Both the position numbers and the translations under genes were made by a program. From Octopus sinensis (taxonomy: Eukaryota): a DNA stretch of 64,000 nt. This document shows positions 54,274-64,000 of this stretch, piece after piece. The notes below the pieces were generated by a model. That model was not told where the DNA came from. It made no database searches and was given only the letters and a program-made list of their open reading frames with translations. The stretch's first letter is position 1, and every line of letters begins with the position of its first letter. The stretch spans positions 27,900,001 to 27,964,000 of the forward strand of contig NC_043000.1 of the NCBI RefSeq assembly GCF_006345805.1, read 5' to 3'.

Positions 54274-54624
54274 GCTGCATGTATCTATATTCAACTATCT
54301 ACATCTGTACCTACACACACACATATATATATTGTTTAGGTATGTGTGTGTATTTGCATCTGTTCAGCATCTGTTTGTGTGTATTGTGTATAAATAAGAC
54401 ACACATACATACTCAACGTATATAAATATCTCACATATATGCACACATGCACACGTTTATATACCATGCATATTCATAATATCATACATACATATTATTA
54501 TATATATATATATATATATAATACATATATACCACATATGTTTATATGTATCGTTCAGCATATTGTAGATATCATAATCGTTAACGCTGTATTCCCTCGG
54601 TCATATATATATATATATATATAT

Positions 54625-54658
<34 letters not shown>

Positions 54659-55022
54659 CTATATAATATATGTAAGTATGATGTTTGTATGTATGTATGT
54701 ATGTATGTATGTATGTATGTGTGTATGCATGTATATATATGGTCATTAGTCTTGCCAATGGAGCAGAGCTTACTTTGCTGAGGAACTGTAATAAAGCCAA
54801 AACAAGTTCACCGCTTTCCCTTTTAACTTCAAAGAACGGGTCATCTTCGGTCTACTCTGCCTACACTCTTCAAAAGTTCCCACCCAATAAACTTGTTACA
54901 TTTATTCCCATGAGTTATTTTTGTTGCTGTTTATTCTTCGCAGTTCAAATCCTGTGTCGAGGGTTTTTGTTTAAAAAATCGTCTGGAAAATTGCGGCGGA
55001 AAATTTTTCAAAATGATATGAT

Positions 55023-55122
55023 NNNNNNNNNNNNNNNNNNNNNNNNNNNNNNNNNNNNNNNNNNNNNNNNNNNNNNNNNNNNNNNNNNNNNNNNNNNNNN
55101 NNNNNNNNNNNNNNNNNNNNNN
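55023..55122. other. Assembly gap (100 N)
   Basis: Run of N. Confidence 1.
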
Positions 55123-55889
55123 TATGACCACTGTCCATTATTTCGACTAAGTAATATCCTTCCTTGAATGTAGCTATGTTAACTCACTCCTATTAACGTC
55201 CTCTCCTTAAATGCCTTCGAAATACTCATTGCATACTGCCGGTAAAGCGACAAAAGTTTTTAACCTAGCCAATCGTCAGGTTTTGTTAGTATCCATCAGC
55301 GATAATCTAAGTTTTCATTTTCCTCATTTCTTCGATAACGAGTTAAAATAGAGGTCCCCTTCATAATTTCCATTCCCTTTTATTCCCTGCCAGATAAATC
55401 TTATTCTTTATCAATCTAATGCACATCATCTCTAAAATCCCAAACCAGACGGGTATGTAACATGACAGCCAAAATTCAGGATCTTTAGCGGGACACAACT
55501 TTATGTGTGGATGTACCTGATGAGATCCTGACTGTAAAAGAGATGTAACAAGTACTGAACGGAGACCCACGAATAAGGGACATGAGCAGGATGGATCAAA
55601 ACGAATATTGTACAAAAGAAGGATTAATAGCAAATCCATATTCTGGTTACATAAAAAATTATTTGTGTATGTGTGTGTGTGTGTGTATGTGTGTGTCTGT
55701 CTGTCTGTGTATGTGTGTCAATACAGTACGGCGTACTTTCAGTTTCCGTCTACCAATTCTCACAAGGCCACGGTTGAGCCGCGGTTATAGTATTTCCCAA
55801 AGTGACGTACAGCAAAACTGAACCTGGAACCATGCGGCTTAGAAGCAAATACATGCGTGTATATATATATATATACACATATATTTGAT

Positions 55890-56364
<475 letters not shown>

Positions 56365-57399
56365 AGTGTCACGACACTTCAGTATAATCTCTACTGCTTT
56401 TTGAAACAGAATAAACATCACAGCGTTGTTGAGAAAGACCTACAACCTGCAATCAAAATGTTTACTCACCCACTGAAGGATACATTTAATTATTGTCATA
56501 TTAATATAATCATTTACTCATAACTAACGGAAAACTATTGATTACAGATTTGGCTTGTGTGTGGTCACATCAGTACAACCCTATTGTGTGTGTTTGCTGT
56601 ATTTTTGGTCTTCATAATAAATTGCTTTCAGGTAGTGTAAAGCTTCTATTTCGCAAAACTCAACAGTAAAACCATTACAAATTACAGAAGAAAGACATCA
56701 TCCCTAGAATAACAGAATGATAAATAGAATCAATAACACCAACAACAGCAATATCATGCCTTGCTACAGCAAATCTTTCAAGAGTAAGAACAGAAAGCGT
56801 AAATAAAAGTCAACAAAAGCCAGGCGAGCAGTATCAATGTCAAGAACCGGAAAATTATCAGTTACTAACAATTCAGCTCTTTCTACACCTAGAGGAGCAA
56901 CAACAATAGGTGGCAGCATCCAATGTTTTCTTTTCCAAACTGGCAAGGCTTTCCAATATATTCTCTACATTCTCTATTTAAATTTATCTGTTTCCGGCAC
57001 TGAATAATGATAAAATACACTTCAAATTTCAATTAGCTAGATAGGAATCAGTTTTATTCCTTATCCTACCCTAGAGTAACGTTTGTAGAACAGTAGGGTC
57101 ACAGTGTCCTTCCTTTCACATTCAGACAGACACTGGATTTGATTTCCAGATAATTCAGTCAATTAAAGAAATTGCCATTTTAACCATTCAGCCAATGTAA
57201 TAATACGTCAGGATAAGAAATAAATCATTGCTCCGAAAGGCTTCTTGTTTGTTAATTTAATTTTCCTGCATGTTCGTTTTCCTCCGAATTTTCTTTTAGT
57301 TTACCTAAGTATATTAAGATTTTCTAACTCGTGAAATGACTACTCCTGTAATGAAATCTTTTGTCCTGTAGAAACTTAAAGGCTACATTCAGTATGTGA

Positions 57400-57805
57400 T
57401 AGACTTAGCATCATGTCTGTCAAGGGCACTATGACTCATAAAGCCGGATCTTTGCCTGCTTGCCGTGGTGAATAAGACAGCAGATCACAACACTTCCCCA
57501 CTTCTGAACAGGAAGCGATCCTCATAGAATTTTAACCTGCTTTCCGTGGTGAATAAGTCACGTAGATTACAACACTTCCCCACTTCCGAACAGGAAGCGA
57601 TCCTCACAGAATTTTAACCTGCTTTCCATGGTAAATAAGTCACACAGATTACAACACTTCCCCACTTCTGAACAGGAACCAGACCTCGCAGAGTTAACTA
57701 TCCCAGCTGTTGCTGGAATTCCCTTACAGCTGAGGGAGCTCGAACAACATAAAATTAAGTGTTTTGCTCAAGAACATAATGCACTGCCCGGTCAGGATAT
57801 CGTTC
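57400..57805 (-). mobile_element. SINE-B-like element containing 3 x 81-82 bp tandem units
   Basis: rc ATGTTCTTGAGCAAAACACTT central motif; units start 57455, 57536, 57618. Confidence 0.6.
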
Positions 57806-58154
57806 TATCCTGATTTTAGTAAACGTCAAATTTCTAGTATAATAATAATGTAAAATATTCTCTTATTGTCGCAATGATATGAACCAGTTTCGTCCTCATC
57901 TTCTAAAATTTTTCCGTTATTGAACTCAATCGATTCTTCTAAATAATTTTCTGTTCCTTTATTTTTATTTCCTTATATAATTCCATATTTTATCAACTGC
58001 TTTTCCCAAGCCACAATTATTTCTGCAGTATTATTACAAGTTCGAATCTACCAAAAAGCTCGTTCGGACGTAAACAAGTCATGCACTGTGTGTTAGTCAT
58101 AGAGAAATATAGTGTAAATACACCCAAATCAGGTCGCAGCACCACCTATCCAGA

Positions 58155-58202
58155 CTGTGAAATAGAAGCATTTCGGAGTAGCTATCTCTTCTTCAGTCAC
58201 AG
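58155..58202 (-). ncRNA. Minimal type I hammerhead ribozyme fold
   Basis: rc: CTGTGA-CTGAAGA-AGAG-ATAGCTA-CTCC-GAAAT-GCTTCT-ATT-TCACAG; 6 bp helix I, canonical CUGANGA core. Confidence 0.7.
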
Positions 58203-58859
58203 AAACTGTCCAGTGGTGCTATGAGCTGATAAGAAAGACAATCTCTCTTATGTTTTGGCAGTCAACATATGTCGGCTGGTAACGCAAATCGATGGGTCAT
58301 CCTAATTAAATTACAGAGTAAGAGCGCTAAGCAGTGATAAGTAAAAATACAGTGTTATTACCATTTCGAAAATGCTAAAAGCATGTTCGATTTTGGATGT
58401 ATTTACACCAAAAGTTTACAGCGAGAAATTTTCTGCATGACAAAACACGGTGAATGGCTTGTTTACAAGTTCGAGCGTGTTTTTAACATATGCGAACTGT
58501 TAATAACATTTCATTTTTACTCATCACTGTTTAGCGCTCTCACTCTAGAATTATTTCTATCCGATTCTCTCTCTTCTAAGATCTTCAATTTTTCTCATGA
58601 ATTCTATTATTCGTTTTTATTCCATTCTTGTATCGAAATTTATCAGACTTTATATTTAAAATTTTCCTTCCTCTCATCTTCAATATCGTTTAAAAAATGT
58701 ATCACTGTACTTAATTAGTCACAAATACTAACCACGCAAGAAACAATCATGAAGCTAGAATTAATATATTTTCTACTTGGAAATTTGTGAAACAAACTGA
58801 ATATACATATGTATAGACGAAAAGACGGTGTTAACTCAATGACTAGTATTTGGTTCAAA

Positions 58860-59795
58860 TTTTGGCACAAATCGATTACATTAACACCAGTGTTAACTGG
58901 CATCTATTTCATCCACCCCGAAAGGATGAAAGGCAATGTCGACCTCGGTGGAATTTGAACTCAGAACGTAAAGACGGCGTGTCCTGCATGCTAATGATTC
59001 TTTTCTAATCTAGGCACAAGGCTCGGAATTTTGGGGAAAGGGGCCAGTCAATTAGATCGACCACAGTGCGCAACTGACACTTAATTTATCGACCCCGAAA
59101 CGATGAAAGACAAAGTCGACCTAGGTGGAATTTGAACTCAGAACATAATGACAGACGAAATACCTATTTCATTACTACCCACAAGGGGCTAAACACAGAG
59201 AGGACAAACAAGGACAGACACATGGATTAAGTCGATGATATCGACCCTAGTGCGTAACTAGTACTTATTTAATCGACCCCGAAAGGATGAAAGGCAAAGT
59301 CGACCTCGGCGGAATTCGAACTCAGAACATAGCGGCAGACGAAATACCTATTTCTTTACTACCCACTAGGGGCTACACACAGAGGGGACAAACAAGGACA
59401 GACAAACGGATTAAGTTGATTATATCCACCCCAGTGAGTAACTGGTACTTAATTTATCGACCCCGAAAGGATGAAAGTTAAAGTCGACCTCGGCGGAATT
59501 TGAACTCAGAACGTAACGGCAGACGAAATACAGCTAAGCATTTCGCCCGGCGTGTCTGCCACCTCGCTACCTTTAAAATATTCTTTTCTACTCCAGGCAC
59601 AAGGCGCGAAATCTTTTTGGTGGAGTGTGGGCAGTCGATTAGATCGACCCCAATACGCAACTGATACTTAATTTATCGACCCCGAAAGGATGAAAGGCAA
59701 AGTCGACCACGGCGGAATTTGAACTCAGAACGTAAGGGCAGGCGAAATAACTCTAAGCATTTCAACCGGCGTGCTAACGATTCTGCCAACTCACT
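58860..59795 (-). mobile_element. Cluster of three co-oriented SINE-D elements (1, 3 and 1 units)
   Basis: GATGAAAGGCAAAGTCGACCTCGGCGGAATTTGAACTCAG-type motif five times. Confidence 0.9.
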
Positions 59796-60424
59796 GTTTA
59801 ATCAGTAACAACTATTATCCTGACTCTGAAGCTCATATTCAGCCTTCGACTTTGCCTTTCGTCGTTCCGAGAAGATAAAATAATTACCAGTTGAGCACAG
59901 GAGTCGACGTGCCAAAATTTAAAACCAATATTATTGTGATTCTTTAATGATGGCAGATACATTTTCTCCCCTTCCTGATCTTGTTATCGATCTGTTTGTG
60001 GCTTTCTTTTCAGCCTTTTTTATTCGAAAATATATCTTTATCCAGTTCCTGAGTGTTAATCTACCCAAACTCTCTCTCTTTCTGCCTACATCTCTCAGCG
60101 AATCTGTTTCGTGCATTTTTTTTTCAATATTTCAAACATTCTATGCTTATTTCTTTTCTATAGAAATCTCAATTTTCTTCTCACTTGAACACTTTCTCCA
60201 TTAATTCCAAACTCCTTTCGCCTTTCATTTTTTTCATACTCATCTCCTTTGCATTCGCTCATTTTCTCTAGCAGTTTACCCAACACTATACATATCAGTT
60301 GATTTCGTGCTATCGTTTATTCCCTTACAATATCTCTCTCCCTGTTTCTATTTATTTATCTCCATCTCTTTCCCTCTATTCATCTCTCTACGTTTTTCTC
60401 TTTCACTTCTTTCTGTTACCTTCG

Positions 60425-60826
60425 TATTTTAATTCGTAACAAGACTTCCGACTTCGTCCCGGTGCAAACATCCTTCTGTCATGCCTTCGAAATACATACA
60501 AATTATACACATTCTTTATACTCTTTTACTCTCTTACTCTTTTACTTGTTTCAGTCTGTTGACTGCGGCCATGCTGGAGCACCACCTTTAGTCGAGCAAA
60601 TCGACCCCAGGACTTATTCTTTGTCATTATTTTAATTCGTAACAAGACTTCCGACTTCGTCCCGGTGCAAACATCCTTCTGTCATGCCTTCGAAATACAT
60701 AAAAATTATACACATTCTTTATACTCTATTACTCTCTTACTCTTTTACTTGTTTCAGTCAGTTGACTGCGGCCATGCTGGAGCACCACCTTTAGTCGAGC
60801 AAATCGACCCCAGGACTTATTCTTTG
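60425..60826. repeat. Tandem duplication, 199 bp + 4 bp filler
   Basis: TATTTTAATTCGTAACAAGAC at 60425 and 60628; includes flank plus SINE-A tail. Confidence 0.95.
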
Positions 60827-61105
60827 GAAGCCTAGTACTTATTCTATCGGTCTCTTTTGCCGAACCGCTAAGGTACAGGGACGTAAACACACCACCATCG
60901 GTTGTCAAGCGATATTGGGGGGACAAACACAGACACACAAACATATACACACACATACATGTATATATATAAATATATACGACGGGCTTCTCTCAGTTAC
61001 CGTCTACCATATCCACTCACAAGGCTTTGGTCGGCCCTAAGCTATGGGCTTGCACACGGTGTCACGCAGTGGGACTGAACCCGGCACCATGTGGTTGGTA
61101 AGCAA
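60722..61105 (-). mobile_element. SINE-A
   Basis: Tail, centre and most of head. Confidence 0.88.
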
Positions 61106-62026
61106 TTTTTATTCATTTTAACCCGAGTCCTAGTACTCATAACGTCAATTACCTCATTTTCATGGCGTATAAGTCACATCATTCGCACTAAATGGGACAC
61201 CGATCCTTTGCAGATTTTAACCCCAGCAATATTGAAGGGAGGGAGGGCGCAAATAGCTTACATCGAATCCAGAACTTCATAGATACTTTATTTCATCGAT
61301 CCTGAAACATGATTTGCTTCGTTGACATCGTCGGGATTTGAGCCGAAAGAAACACCGCAAAACCGTAATAATTCTTAACATAAGAACCCTGTCAGTTCGT
61401 AGCCTACACTCTTTAGCATGTCGGTAATATTCCACAGCAAATGCTTCGTCATGTTATCCCTGTTTTTGTTATTCCACTTCCAAAAGTAATCAATAACATT
61501 GTGCACATATGCGATGTCGAATCAGAGAGTTTGACTTCTAGTTAGGAACCTGTGGGTGTACAGTTACGTGATTAAAAGTAATAATGCTTATATGTGACTG
61601 TTTGTGTGGGTGTATGTATTTTTCTCCATATATTCTGTAGTAGTATAAAAATATATTGTATAGCTTACATATTTCTAATACTGTATTGAACACGGTTCAA
61701 ATATATACACAGAGTTTTACATAAAAATATACATATATATACATAATGTTGCATAGGTGCGTCTGTGTGCTGCACATTTATGCATATCTCTATACATGTC
61801 TATCTTAAACATCAGATTAACTATAGTTAATCTAAAACAGCAACAATTTATCTGTGCATATGCGGCGAGTGGGGTTATAATCATAGTTACGTAATTTGCA
61901 TGAGACTGGCCATACGCGCACAAAAACATACACACACACACACATATATATATATATGTATATACATACGTGCAGACTTATATATAATGGTATGTTTGTA
62001 AGTACGCATATATATATGTATGTATG

Positions 62027-62076
<50 letters not shown>

Positions 62077-62078
<2 letters not shown>

Positions 62079-62285
62079 CGTATATATATGTATGTGTACA
62101 CATATATAATATACACATAGTTCCTCAAGCTATATAAATACCATTACTAATGTATATGTTTAAATATATATATATATATGTATGTATATGCACATGCATA
62201 TGAATATCTATATGCACAGAAATATTCATTAATATGTACAGTATACTAGCACACACATTCGTATACACGTGTGTATGTATGTATA

Positions 62286-62320
<35 letters not shown>

Positions 62321-62547
62321 TATATATATATATATATATAAGCGTATATATATGTATGTGTACACATATATAATATACACATAGTTCCTCAAGCTTATAT
62401 AAATACCATTACTAATGTATATGTTTAAATATATATATATATATGTATGTATATGCACATGCATATGAATATCTATATGCACAGAAATATTCATTAATAT
62501 GTACAAGTATACTAGCACACACATTCGTATACACGTGTGTATGTATG

Positions 62548-62600
<53 letters not shown>
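62077..62600. repeat. Tandem duplication, ~264 bp period
   Basis: AGCGTATATATATGTATGTGTACAC at 62077 and 62341. Confidence 0.9.
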
Positions 62601-62611
<11 letters not shown>

Positions 62612-63139
62612 TATATATGTGCGTATGTAGATATATGTATGTACATATATGAATACATATGTATATATACATATGTGTGTGTCCATGAATATGTGTATAT
62701 GTTATGTGTGCCTACGTGCGCGTGACTCTTTGTATGCGTCTAAATATATACATGCATATGTATGTATGTGTGTATGTATGTATGTATGTATGTATGTATG
62801 TATGTATGTATGTATGCATGTGCGCAGATCATTTGCTTCCCTTATTACACGTAACCGTCGATTCATTTTGTATGTCTTGTGTAATAATCTTGGCCTCAAG
62901 CCGGAATATTGATATAATATTCAGTAATATCACAATTAATATCCGGTTATCATATTAGACAGCATTTACTACTCTAAGTTATTGATGTGATTACATCAGG
63001 AGACACATGCTGGTCCATACGAGTGTATGCGATGTGTTGGGAGGGGCTGTATCTGAGGCCTTCACTCGGCTTACATGTAGGGCAAAAGCATAACTTCAGA
63101 AAGAGTAATAGCAAAAAAACACAATAACGCCGCCACCAC

Positions 63140-63945
63140 CACCAGTAATAATAACGGCTTTAAATTTTAGCGCAAGGCCATCAGTTATGAAGGCGGGTGT
63201 AAGTCGATTACGTCGACCCCAATACTTAACCGGTCTTATTTCGTAGACCTCGAAATATTGAAAGGTAAATTGGACATCGGCGAAATTTGTTTCCTGAACG
63301 GCAAAATTGACGCGACGCCGCTAAGCGATCTGCCCGTGTGCCGCCTCATTGATATTTGTTTAAATTTTGGAGTAAAATCTGTAATTTCAGTGAGAGTGGG
63401 ATTGATCGATTGCATTGACTCCAGAAGGTGGTAGGATATTATTTGGTCGATTCCGTAGAGATGAAATGCAAGATTGACCCCAGCGAAATTTAAACTTAAA
63501 GAACTGCAAAAAATACCGCTAGTCATATTATCTAAGCCTTAGTAATTCTGGTTGCTCGCGGCCTGTAATAATAATCCATTCTACTGTAAGTACAAGAAAT
63601 GAAATGTGTGGGGAGGGGATAAGTCAATTACATCGACCCCAGTGCTCAACTGGTACTTAATTTATCGACTCCGAAATGATGAAAGTCAAAGTCGACCTCG
63701 GCGGAACTTGAACTCACAACGTAGCGGTAGACGAAATACCAATTTCTTTACTACCCACAAGGGGCTAAACACAGAGAGGACAAACAAGGACAGACAAACG
63801 GATTAAGTCGATTATATCGACCCTAGTGCGTAACTGGCACTTATTTAACCGACCCCGAAATGATGAGAGGCAAAGTCGACCTCGGCGGAATTTGAACTCA
63901 GAACGTAACGGCAGACGAAATACCGCTAAGCATTTCACCCGGTCT
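63140..63945 (-). mobile_element. Cluster of SINE-D copies (degenerate 63140-63500; two-unit 63570-63945)
   Basis: GTCGACCTCGGCGGAATTTGAACTCAG motifs. Confidence 0.85.
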
Positions 63946-64000
63946 TGGCCTTTAATAATAATCACAATAACTATAACATTTGATTGTGAGAAGGTAGAAA

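Noticed and set aside
54740-55500. Coding-like sequence flanking the N gap
   Set aside because: Multiple stops, no recognisable motif, continuity across the gap unknown
56763-56800. GPCR TM3-like peptide TLSVLTLERFAVA on minus strand
   Set aside because: Stop codon just upstream, no following TM segments, no convincing splice sites
57455-57700. CRISPR-like array
   Set aside because: Whole units repeat with no unique spacers; eukaryotic context; no cas genes

Overview
AT-rich, microsatellite-dense eukaryotic DNA. The repeat families look like those of an Octopus-type cephalopod genome (recognised from memory, not by search). I find no intact host protein-coding gene; most ORFs in the track are (TA)n/(CA)n/trinucleotide artefacts. 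The window is a transposon graveyard: many copies of three tRNA-type SINE families (my labels SINE-A, -B, -D), a ~3.1 kb decayed Helitron with both termini plus a short non-autonomous one, Tc1/mariner derivatives (maT DD37D, mariner), RTE and CR1-type LINE fragments, and several Penelope-like (PLE) remnants. The most striking layer is RNA-level: about ten minimal type I hammerhead-ribozyme folds from several unrelated families, mostly with palindromic helix III. The best is an intact-looking U3-A8 covariant hammerhead inside a ~349 bp tandem-plus-inverted, retrozyme-like element at 51113-51764. There is also a 260 bp inverted local copy flanked by a 22 bp direct repeat, an RTE 5' inversion, and a 100 N gap at 55023-55122.
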